DNA of 64,000 nt from a virus (IMGVR_UViG_3300046787_000353:1-64000), one strand, 5' to 3'; counted from the first letter of the stretch, positions 46,392 to 54,245 are shown. The notes: generated by a model from the sequence alone, not told the origin. Translations and numbers: made by a program.

Positions 46392-46465
46392 GTGACCCCT
46401 TTGGGACTCGAACCCAAGACTCCCTCATTAAAAGTGAGGTGCTCTAACCAGCTGAGCTAAGAGGT
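46392..46465 (-). tRNA. tRNA-Lys (TTT)
   Basis: Acceptor GACCTCT/AGGGGTC, anticodon loop CTTTTAA. Confidence 0.8.
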
Positions 46466-46471
46466 CATTAT

Positions 46472-46544
46472 GTGGAGGTGAGTGGAATCGAACCACTTCC
46501 TTTCGCTCTTCAGGCGAACGCTTCTACCAAGTTAGCTTCACCTC
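46472..46544 (-). tRNA. tRNA-Phe (GAA)
   Basis: Acceptor GGAGGTG/CACCTCC, anticodon loop CTGAAGA. Confidence 0.8.
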
Positions 46545-46552
46545 CAATTTTA

Positions 46553-46629
46553 GGAGCAGAGATAGGATTCGAACCTATAACCTAATCCGGCCACATTACC
46601 GGTTGCACGTCCAATTGTGCTTCAACGCT
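46553..46629 (-). tRNA. atypical tRNA-like gene. It has a good D-arm and T-arm, but the acceptor pairs poorly and the anticodon stem CCGG/CCGG carries an 8-nt loop TAATGTGG. Identity undetermined.
   Basis: D-arm GCAC-AATTGGAC-GTGC, T-arm ATAGG-TTCGAAT-CCTAT. Confidence 0.35.
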
Positions 46630-46635
46630 CATGTT

Positions 46636-46720
46636 GTGGGAGCAGAAGGATTCGAACCTACTACCTATGCCGGTTACCAGATTTACAGTCTGGCGCCTAA
46701 CCAATTCGTGCGTTACTCCC
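46636..46720 (-). tRNA. tRNA-Tyr (GTA), type II
   Basis: Acceptor GGGAGTA/TGCTCCC, anticodon arm CCAGA-CTGTAAA-TCTGG, long variable arm. Confidence 0.8.
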
Positions 46721-46788
46721 AATTTCCAATTTTGTTATCACCATTTCCCCTCTAAACGAGCGGCGTGTTCCGGATTGGTAACCGTTAG

Positions 46789-46861
46789 TAGGAGATATAG
46801 GATTCGAACCTATGGCCCCCGCCATGTAAGGGCGGTGCTCTTACCGCTGAGCTAATCTCCT
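46789..46861 (-). tRNA. tRNA-Val (TAC)
   Basis: Acceptor AGGAGAT/ATCTCCT, anticodon arm CCGCC-CTTACAT-GGCGG. Confidence 0.8.
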
Positions 46862-46896
46862 AATTTAATTGCCAGTATTTCAATGAACTACATTCT

Positions 46897-46968
46897 GCGG
46901 GGAAAGAGAATTTCGAAATCTCGACCTACGGATTAACAGTCCGCCGCTCTGCCTCTGAGCTATATCCC
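46897..46968 (-). tRNA. tRNA-Asn (GTT)
   Basis: Acceptor GGGGATA/TTTCCCC (one mismatch), anticodon loop CTGTTAA, T-loop TTCGAAA. Confidence 0.65.
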
Positions 46969-46969
46969 C

Positions 46970-47010
46970 AAAACAAAAAACCCCTAACCGATTTGTATTC
47001 AGTTAGGGGT
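46970..47010 (-). terminator. rho-independent terminator upstream (on the minus strand) of the main tRNA array
   Basis: cccctaac/gttagggg 8-bp stem followed by UUUUUUUGUUUU on the minus strand. Confidence 0.65.
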
Positions 47011-47232
47011 TCTTAAATATTCTATTATTTAATACATTTACATCATATCTCCTGCTATAATGTCCCCTAACGTAGTATCTTGCTTGTCCAAATTACTAAA
47101 CACACAAATCCCTGCCCATGTTCTTTCTAACATCGGTAGATAATTGGCTGTATGTATTGTTAAGGTTTTCATTGCTAATATATATGTAAAAATTTATTAA
47201 TCGTTTGTTTTTGTTAAAATAATTTAATTTTT

Positions 47233-47304
47233 GAGCGAAACCAAGGAATCGAACCCCAACTTGCAACCTGGACGGCTGCCGTGCTACCACTACACTAATC
47301 TCGC
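47233..47304 (-). tRNA. tRNA, nominal anticodon TCC (Gly-like), with G instead of U at position 33 and GU-rich T-stem; atypical
   Basis: Acceptor GCGAGAT/GTTTCGC, D-arm GTGT-AGTGGTA-GCAC, anticodon arm GCAGC-CGTCCAG-GTTGC, T-loop TTCGATT. Confidence 0.5.
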
Positions 47305-48397
47305 GTTTTGAGCGGTGCGAAGGTTTTGCTCCCCCTCTACCTATCTGGAATGATAGATGTGCTACTATTACACCAATACCGCTTATATAAGGATGAGAAT
47401 ACTCCTTTTTACGAACCAACTTTAGAAAGATTATTGTTTCCTTTCATTTCCACTCCCTTTTGAGAAGTATCAATCCAATGTGGGTAATTATAGATTTACC
47501 AATCTTTGAGTTTCAAACTACTCTCTTCCTACTCCTTTTCTTCAACCCTGCCGAGCTGATTCACACTTGCGATGTTAGAAACCTTTCAAAAGAATCACAG
47601 ACCTCTTGCGGAGGTATCGTGGCAGGGAACAACTCCCTACTATGTACACACCTTTCATCTGAAACTGGCAAACACTTATGCTTTATGTTTATCTTATAGA
47701 TTTTTCATCAAATTGAAATTATAAAGTTTTGTGGTCGTAGATGGGTTCAGGTAGCGGTTTGCCTCTAGCTCCGTTATCTTTTGAACAACAGAATACTAAA
47801 CTACCCGATGTGTTATCTCTAACACCATATTTCAAGTCAACTTCACTACCCACTCTTTGGTGAGATGTAGGTAAGGATAATAACAACACCACTTGTTCTT
47901 TATCATACCTTTCGGTTTTAAGTCAACTCTTATACTGAATCACGCAATGATAAGGAGAGATTAAGTCCTTACTTCTTGCAATAATTCTATGGATTATTCT
48001 TTTTGGTGTTCCCACCTCAACTGAACTATCTACTTAGCCCAGTCATCTCCCCACTTTCTTTACAGTGTCACCCTCAATACTAAAGGGGAAATGATATTCC
48101 ACTTGCCTACTCAAGTTCATAACCTTACAGGGTTACAAACCGCAGGATAGTTAACCAACTACCCCACTTTATCCTACTTTCGTAGTTTATTTCACGACCA
48201 TAGGCGGCCGTTGTTACACTATGTAGAACGAATCTACTATGTGTAATCTTTTCAATAATTTAAAGAACGTTTTGTTTCACAAATATACGAAAACTTTTTC
48301 AAACTTCCAAATATTTTTTAAACTTTTTTTATAAATCTAACTACCCGAGTATCTTTCATCACCTATAAGGGTTTACATCATCTTTACTTTTGTTTTA

Positions 48398-48436
48398 CAA
48401 ATATACGAAATATATTTTACATTTCCTAATATTTTT
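48398..48436 (-). promoter_or_regulatory. promoter, class 2; the middle of three tandem promoter-like repeats (about 48280, 48398, 48513) that face the ORF-free 47305..48260 region
   Basis: caaatatacgaaa ... tttacatttcctaatattttt units. Minus-strand -7 TATATTTG. Confidence 0.5.
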
Positions 48437-48571
48437 TAAACTTTTTTTTGTTGAACATTTTCGGCTATGTTTACTTACACCATCTATACTTCCTACTTCT
48501 GAATCAACTTTGTAAATATACGAAAACATTTTTACATTTCCTAATATTTTTACAAATATTTTTAATCTTTG

Positions 48572-48644
48572 TTGCGGGAGAGGGATTCGAACCCCCGACC
48601 TTATGGTTATGAGCCACACGAGCTACCACTGCTCTATCCCGCTA
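48572..48644 (-). tRNA. tRNA-Met (CAT), second copy, with unpaired A1:A72
   Basis: Anticodon arm TGTGG-CTCATAA-CCATA, T-arm GGGGG-TTCGAAT-CCCTC, D-arm GAGC-AGTGGTA-GCTC. Confidence 0.7.
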
Positions 48645-48690
48645 TATATCTTAAAGAACGTTATTCTATATATTCATATTTATATATATA

Positions 48691-48725
48691 CAAATATACG
48701 GAAAAAATATTAAATTTACAAATAT
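48691..48725 (-). promoter_or_regulatory. promoter upstream of tRNA-Met(CAT) 48572..48644
   Basis: Minus-strand TTTGTAAATTTAATATTTTTTCCG-TATATTTG with a 20-nt spacer. Confidence 0.5.
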
Positions 48726-48888
48726 TTTTTAAAATAATTTTAAGGTATCCGGCTTTATAGTTTCGTTTCACTCTTATTGAAACTAATATTTAGAGAGTCA
48801 CGTAGTCGGTTTTATTACTACTGGCTTCAACCTTTCAATTATTATAATACAAATATACAAAATAAATTCGATATATCCTAGTCTTTTT

Positions 48889-49872
48889 TTATTTTTTTAT
48901 TGCTTTTTTTACAATATTTGTTGCAGCTTGTTTAACCGCATGGTTATCATCGTATTTAAGTGCCGATTTAACCTTAATCATCTTACCAGTATCAGGGTTT
49001 TTAACCATTTGGTCTAATACATCTTTAGGTAACATTGATTTTAATTTCATATCGTTTGATTTTGCAGGTGCTTTTGGTTCGAATTTTAATGGCTCATCTT
49101 TCACAGGATTATGCTTTAATGAAAATGGATTCCATAAACCTCTACTATCTACTTCCTTCGAAGTTGATGGTGCAACTTTAGCATCTTTCTGATGTGGATA
49201 CTTTGTTGGGTTATATGGTTCTAAATCCGATGTGTTTACATTACCATCCGCATCAGTCTTAGTTTCACCTCTTTCATCCGCCAATCTTACAATACCAACT
49301 GTATTAGTTTTTTTATTGTAAACAACATCATCTACATCATATAATGGCTCTTCTGCCTTTGGTTCGAATGTAAATACTTGCCCACCTTTTAATTTACTAT
49401 ACCCTTGTGCAATTTTACCAGGTGAGAACTTTCCAATGTTAAATGATTCTCCTGATTTTGAATCAATGAATGTAGCTTCTCCTTTTGCTTTAGTTTCTTC
49501 ATCGGCGAACAATACACTATCTTGTTGATATTTGTTCCCCAATTTCAATACATCATCCCTTGTTATGTTTGGGATGAATAGAGATTTCTCTTGAGTTGGA
49601 ACTTTCATATCATCCGGACAATCCTTATATTCAGTATCAGGTTTTCTACATTCCTGCCACATGCCATCTACGTGAACAAACCCATATCCCATACTTCTCA
49701 AGTCGGCCTCAAGTTGTTTGTTTCTTTGTTTGTTTTCAGCAGGTGTTAATTCACCTCTACTAGCAGTTACTACACCCCAATTTTTCATTTTAGGGTTGGA
49801 AACAACGTGTTGGTAAATTCTACCTAATGATGCTTCGTTTAAATCGTATCTATTTTTAACTGTAAAGTTCAT
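48889..49872 (-). CDS. hypothetical Lys-rich protein (327 aa)
   Basis: Long minus-strand ORF. Confidence 0.55.
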   Translation of the reverse strand: MNFTVKNRYDLNEASLGRIYQHVVSNPKMKNWGVVTASRGELTPAENKQRNKQLEADLRSMGYGFVHVDGMWQECRKPDTEYKDCPDDMKVPTQEKSLFIPNITRDDVLKLGNKYQQDSVLFADEETKAKGEATFIDSKSGESFNIGKFSPGKIAQGYSKLKGGQVFTFEPKAEEPLYDVDDVVYNKKTNTVGIVRLADERGETKTDADGNVNTSDLEPYNPTKYPHQKDAKVAPSTSKEVDSRGLWNPFSLKHNPVKDEPLKFEPKAPAKSNDMKLKSMLPKDVLDQMVKNPDTGKMIKVKSALKYDDNHAVKQAATNIVKKAIKK

Positions 49873-50624
49873 TATTTCTTAATTATATTTGCGTTTTTTA
49901 ATATTCTTGCATTAGTTACCCATTGTTTACCAATATTGTTTTTCAATGGTTCTCTAATAAATCCATCTACGGATTTTTGGATTTGCGATGTGATGTTATT
50001 ACCTGTATTGGAGTTATCAACGATACGGAAGTTACCACCAAATAAACTTTGGAATGCTCCTAAGTTATGTTGACACTCTTTCCATATTTCACTAACCAAT
50101 GTTTCTGGCAATACTCTATCTCTTTTTGAATTACGAAATTGAGCCACTTCCAATGAAGTATTAACAAACACCATAAAGGTATCGTATCCCAATTCCTCTG
50201 CTCTTTGCTTCTGCTTTCTGATTTTATTAACATCATCACCAGTCCCATCGATAATCATACCCAATCTACCGGCTTCGTAAAACTCTCTAGTCTTTTGTGT
50301 TACGGCTTTAGCTTTTTCTCTAACACCATTCTTATCTTTGGTAATAAAATCCCAAAGCTCAGGTTGAGTTTTTTCTATTTGAGCTAAATCTTTAGGGTTA
50401 ATTCCACTCTTCTTTAATTGAGCTTCGAATGCCGTATCCGAATTTATAGATTTTAAACCACTTGCTGAAAATGATGATATTCCCTGAATACCAAACAAAT
50501 CACCAGCTACTTTGGATTTACCACTACCAGGTCCTCCTGCTAAGAATATACATTTAAGAATACCCGGGTCATCGACACCCTCATTCAGCATACTATTACT
50601 AAGTAAGTCTTTTAACTTTATCAT
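49872..50624 (-). CDS. P-loop NTPase / nucleotide kinase-like protein (zeta-toxin/AAA_33-like fold)
   Basis: Walker A FLAGGPGSGKS. The N-terminus MIKLKDLL is shared with the next two genes. Confidence 0.5.
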   Translation of the reverse strand: MIKLKDLLSNSMLNEGVDDPGILKCIFLAGGPGSGKSKVAGDLFGIQGISSFSASGLKSINSDTAFEAQLKKSGINPKDLAQIEKTQPELWDFITKDKNGVREKAKAVTQKTREFYEAGRLGMIIDGTGDDVNKIRKQKQRAEELGYDTFMVFVNTSLEVAQFRNSKRDRVLPETLVSEIWKECQHNLGAFQSLFGGNFRIVDNSNTGNNITSQIQKSVDGFIREPLKNNIGKQWVTNARILKNANIIKK

Positions 50625-50935
50625 TATGATATTTTCTTTACGATTTCATCCATATCAACCTCATAAGCGTATCCTGCTCCTGGGTATCTTGTATCTGGAT
50701 TAAATTTAACCTGAGTCAATCTTTCCAATCTGACAATCATTAGTTGATTGAATATCTTATCCTTATCCCCACTTCCAATACCAGCTTTAATTGATTCAAT
50801 GGTATCTAATCCCTTACTATCAGGTATTAATATTACACTAGCACCTTTTGATGTTACTGTAAAGTTTATACTATCTCCTCTTTCGAATTTGATATTAGTT
50901 TTACTTTCTGCTAATAAATCTTTTAATTTTATCAT
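50624..50935 (-). CDS. hypothetical protein (103 aa) with the shared MIKLKDLL N-terminus
   Basis: Minus-strand ORF; start codon overlaps the downstream stop. Confidence 0.5.
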   Translation of the reverse strand: MIKLKDLLAESKTNIKFERGDSINFTVTSKGASVILIPDSKGLDTIESIKAGIGSGDKDKIFNQLMIVRLERLTQVKFNPDTRYPGAGYAYEVDMDEIVKKIS

Positions 50936-50936
50936 T

Positions 50937-51185
50937 TTATATTTTTTCTGAATAGACGATTTGTCCGTGATTATCTTCGATACTCATAGTAGCTCCACTA
51001 TGCTTTCTCTTAGCTGCTTCGTATGCCGCAGGGATTGCATCTTTTATCTTTACCAAATCTTGGTCTATTACTTTGTTATTTTTAATAATAACAACCGACC
51101 AAGGACCAGACAAACTGCCCTTACGAACACCAGCCATAATCTTTGACCAACTACCCTCCTTTAAAAGAGATGTCAATTTTATCAT
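50937..51185 (-). CDS. hypothetical protein (82 aa) with an MIKLTSLL N-terminus
   Basis: Minus-strand ORF. Confidence 0.45.
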   Translation of the reverse strand: MIKLTSLLKEGSWSKIMAGVRKGSLSGPWSVVIIKNNKVIDQDLVKIKDAIPAAYEAAKRKHSGATMSIEDNHGQIVYSEKI

Positions 51186-51223
51186 CGTTTTTGTTTTATT
51201 ATAAATATAAAATATTTTAAAAA

Positions 51224-51629
51224 TGGTGGAGGTGGAGGGATTCGCACCCTCGTCCAGAATACGGCCTAATAAACCTCATTCACAAGCTTATTTAGTTTTT
51301 CTTAACTAACAAAATAAATAGTTTCTAATTCCCCGTTGCTACTATTAAACTTAGATGGTTCTATTGTTAAGGATAATTACCAAAAACACTTCCTATTTCT
51401 TTTCGGATAGAAATCACACCTGGTTTCACATTCTTTTTTACCTCACGATGTGTGCGAGGAAGGATTAGGCTGCTACAGCGTAATCAGCACCTACGAAAGA
51501 CATAGCATCTTCGAAGGTCATTGTAGATAATTCTACTGCGTTTATTGTTCGATAGGTATTTAAGGATTTCCATCTAACCCTGCTTGCAATTATACTAAAT
51601 CATCGCTCCTGTCAAATCTAGTCACCCCC
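51224..51629 (-). ncRNA. ssrA: tmRNA (ssrA-like transfer-messenger RNA), about 406 nt, CCA encoded
   Basis: Minus-strand 5' end GGGGGTGACTAGATTTGACAGGAGCG aligns with E. coli GGGGCUGAUUCUGGAUUCGACGGG. An internal frame reads ...GCT GAT TAC GCT GTA GCA GCC TAA, i.e. ...ADYAVAA-stop (compare the ...ENYALAA tag). The 3' end GGACGAGGG-TGCGAAT-CCCTC-CACCTCC-A-CCA aligns with E. coli GGACGCGGG-UUCAACU-CCCGC-CAGCUCC-A-CCA. The 5' GGGGGTG pairs with the 3' CACCTCC. The region has no ORF. Confidence 0.8.
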
Positions 51630-51649
51630 ATATAGTGTATATATATGTA

Positions 51650-51934
51650 TTATTTTTCTATAATGATTACTTGTCCTTCCATCACACCCAAATTTGATTT
51701 TTCACTAAATGAATAGGTTGATGCCTTTGTAGTATCTTTTTTGGTAAGAATCCATAATGATGAACCTTCTTTCCAAGTTACATTCACTAAACGAACACCT
51801 TCTTCTAATTCAATAGTTTCAGTTCCACCCCATACTCTTGCTCTATTGTTTTCAGTACAAGATGCTAATAACGCAATTCCCAATAATCCTAATAATACTT
51901 TTTTCATAATGTTCTTTTTTATTTTATAATCCAA
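51650..51934 (-). CDS. lipoprotein (94 aa)
   Basis: Signal peptide with lipobox LLASC. Confidence 0.5.
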   Translation of the reverse strand: MDYKIKKNIMKKVLLGLLGIALLASCTENNRARVWGGTETIELEEGVRLVNVTWKEGSSLWILTKKDTTKASTYSFSEKSNLGVMEGQVIIIEK

Positions 51935-52304
51935 CAGAAGCCCACTCTAAATTAGCGAAACCACCATCTCTTGTAACCGGCACTCCGAATGCTCTATCTC
52001 TTTGTGGGTCAGTTGAAGAGTTGTTATTGATTAAGATTCTCTCTTCTCTACCAATACCCATTACCAATTGGTGGTATCTGAATCCTGCAGTTGCCATTTG
52101 TTCTTGTGTGATTATTCGTAAGTTCTCTGGTCTTGCAGTTGTTAGAACGATGTAATGACCGGCTTCATACCATTCATTCATCTTCTCTTTAACACCTGGT
52201 AAAACATTAACTTTATTACCATCTAAATCTTCGAAACGAACTTGCTCTATTAAAGTACCATCAATATCACTAAAAATCGTTTTGTATCCTTGTTCTTTTT
52301 TCAT
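51924..52304 (-). CDS. small HAD-superfamily phosphatase-like protein
   Basis: FSDIDGTL (motif I) and VLTTARP (motif II). Confidence 0.55.
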   Translation of the reverse strand: MKKEQGYKTIFSDIDGTLIEQVRFEDLDGNKVNVLPGVKEKMNEWYEAGHYIVLTTARPENLRIITQEQMATAGFRYHQLVMGIGREERILINNNSSTDPQRDRAFGVPVTRDGGFANLEWASVGL

Positions 52305-52389
52305 CTTTGTTGTTTTAGTTATTCTTATCTCTTATTACTTAGTAAATATACGAAAAAAGTTTGGAATTGCCAAACTTTTACACTCTTTT

Positions 52390-52605
52390 TTATCGATATA
52401 ATGTTACAATTCTACCGAAATATCTATCAAATGTTTGAACTAAATTCTCATAGTCTCCACTCATCATTTCGGATTGAATAGCTTTATTATCCAATCCCAA
52501 TTGTCGAGCCAACGTACCAGCAGTTCCTAATAGAAAGTAAGCGTTACCTTGAGGACCTGTTAAATCAATTTCTATTCCGAATTTTTCTTCTTTTTCTAAT
52601 ATCAT
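52390..52605 (-). CDS. hypothetical protein (71 aa)
   Basis: Minus-strand ORF. Confidence 0.4.
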   Translation of the reverse strand: MILEKEEKFGIEIDLTGPQGNAYFLLGTAGTLARQLGLDNKAIQSEMMSGDYENLVQTFDRYFGRIVTLYR

Positions 52606-52623
52606 AATTGTAGGATTTGAGGA

Positions 52624-53202
52624 TTAAATGAATTGTAATGCTTTTTGAATATCGGTGTCTTTGCATTTGTAAGATTTACATTTTGCAATCGCTTGTTCCA
52701 ATGTTATCTTACCCCACACATATTTACCTTCTTGCATATCGATTAACATTCTCTTTACATCTGGCCAAGAAGCGAAAGGAGCTTTAGGTTGAAAATGAAC
52801 ATATTTGGAATTGAAATCCAATGTAGTCCCCTTATCAGTTTTACCACTCTCACCATATTCGTAGATATCTTCCATACCATTGTAACGACCTCCTTGCATC
52901 ATATTAGCGAAAGAGTTTAAATCTGTATAGATTGGAGAATCGTATGATATCTCATCGCCATTAGGAAAACAAGCATACAAGTCAGAAGAAGAACCACCGG
53001 AGAAAGTTTGTGATTTACCCCACACTAACAAATCAGGATATTTAGCCTTTACATATTGTTTGAACAACAAAGGAACTTCTTTTCTTCCAATACTGATTGA
53101 TGGAGTTGCCAAAGGTTCACCCCAATAAGAAGTAGTTCTTAAACATTCGTTTGGTAATTCAAAATTAACACCCAACCAAGTAAATTTCATTTTAGATTTC
53201 AT
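52624..53202 (-). CDS. hypothetical protein (192 aa)
   Basis: Minus-strand ORF. Confidence 0.5.
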   Translation of the reverse strand: MKSKMKFTWLGVNFELPNECLRTTSYWGEPLATPSISIGRKEVPLLFKQYVKAKYPDLLVWGKSQTFSGGSSSDLYACFPNGDEISYDSPIYTDLNSFANMMQGGRYNGMEDIYEYGESGKTDKGTTLDFNSKYVHFQPKAPFASWPDVKRMLIDMQEGKYVWGKITLEQAIAKCKSYKCKDTDIQKALQFI

Positions 53203-53278
53203 AATTTTAAGTTTTAAGTTTTAACGTTTTATTCTGCAATATACAACATTTTGAGTTAAATGTCAAGGTTTTTTTCAA

Positions 53279-53737
53279 TTATTTTTTGAAATTTTTTAAG
53301 TTTTTTATAATAGCATCCACCCTAAGTTTTGTTTCTAAATTTCCGTATCCAGTATAACTCTTTACAAAACAAAAGGTAGTAATATTACCACCTCTCACAA
53401 TACAATATATCTCATTACCATTGGATTCACCATTATCATCTGTTAATGATACTACTAATTGTTTCCCATAAGATTCTGATTTAGATACCTCACTATCAAA
53501 TTTGGTAATGGATAGTGGAAATTGAGTAACTTTAATAGCATAATCCTTATTAGTTGGAAAATTGGTTTTTTCTATATCAGCTACTATTCCTTTAATCTGA
53601 TTTTTAATCAAATCATTTAGTTTAATAACACCAACTTTTGTATAATTTCCGGTGGTGGTTTCGTATGATACCGATAACTCCGATTGAGTTAGAATTCGTT
53701 GGTCTAGTCTTTCTGTAAAGTGTTTCATCTCTCTCAT
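53279..53737 (-). CDS. hypothetical protein (152 aa)
   Basis: Minus-strand ORF with a class-1 promoter immediately upstream. Confidence 0.5.
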   Translation of the reverse strand: MREMKHFTERLDQRILTQSELSVSYETTTGNYTKVGVIKLNDLIKNQIKGIVADIEKTNFPTNKDYAIKVTQFPLSITKFDSEVSKSESYGKQLVVSLTDDNGESNGNEIYCIVRGGNITTFCFVKSYTGYGNLETKLRVDAIIKNLKNFKK

Positions 53738-53750
53738 TTTTATTACATAG

Positions 53751-53782
53751 TAAAGATACGGAATAGTGCCGATATTGCCAAA
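53751..53782 (-). promoter_or_regulatory. promoter, class 1 (TTTGGCAATATCGGCACTATTCCG-TATCTTTA), about 14 nt upstream of the ATG
   Basis: Matches the -33 TTTG / -7 TAnnTTTG architecture. No Shine-Dalgarno sequence, as expected in Bacteroidetes. Confidence 0.55.
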
Positions 53783-53804
53783 TATTTTAACATATATTTA
53801 ACAA

Positions 53805-54245
53805 TTATTTTAGGTAAGATGGACCATATACAGCCCATTGAGTAGTTCCATCGATGATGTTACCTCTACTATGTTTTGCCGGAGATTTCCATGTGGCTGG
53901 TTTCAATAAATCACCTTTTTTGATAGGTGAACCTTTTAAATCACCATCTACTCTACTGATGAACCCCCAACAAGACGTTCCATCCCATAGACGAATGTAT
54001 TTATTACCTATTTCAACACCTAAATCCGTTCTACCTACCATAGAACTCATATTTTTATAGTGTTCTTTACGTGCAGCGTTTACTTTCTCAATAAAGTTAG
54101 CTACGATTGGGTTAGATTTTAAGTAATCTAATGCCTTTTGGTCTGTGTTTCTCATATTCTTATCATTTATTACATAGTAAAGATACGAAATTCCATTCAG
54201 ACTGCCAAACTTTTTATGGATTATTTTAGCAAAAAAATAACCCAT
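53805..54245 (-). CDS. hypothetical protein (146 aa)
   Basis: Minus-strand ORF. Confidence 0.5.
   Translation of the reverse strand: MGYFFAKIIHKKFGSLNGISYLYYVINDKNMRNTDQKALDYLKSNPIVANFIEKVNAARKEHYKNMSSMVGRTDLGVEIGNKYIRLWDGTSCWGFISRVDGDLKGSPIKKGDLLKPATWKSPAKHSRGNIIDGTTQWAVYGPSYLK

Noticed and set aside
46168-46428. Minus-strand ORFs overlapping tRNA genes (46168..46428, 47096..47419, 48395..48619, 43603..43794, 44896..45096)
   Set aside because: They are completely covered by well-folded tRNA genes. Their translations are Gly/Arg-rich, which is typical of reading through tRNA sequence.
42114-47304. Integrase, attachment site or genomic-island boundary at the tRNA cluster (prophage in a host chromosome)
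   Set aside because: No integrase or recombinase was found. The tRNAs form a dense multi-isotype array with phage-type promoters rather than a single host tRNA with a direct-repeat att site.
47305-48260. RNase P RNA in the long ORF-free region
   Set aside because: The RNase P RNA P4-helix consensus (GGAAAGUCCGG...ACAGAANCCGGCUUA) was not found on either strand by eye. The identity is left open.
44377-48560. Possible CRISPR array suggested by the repeated caaatatacgaaa...cctaatattttt units
   Set aside because: The repeats vary in length and spacing. They sit upstream of genes or RNAs and match the -33/-7 promoter consensus. They lack the constant repeat and unique spacer structure of CRISPR. 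No cas genes are present.
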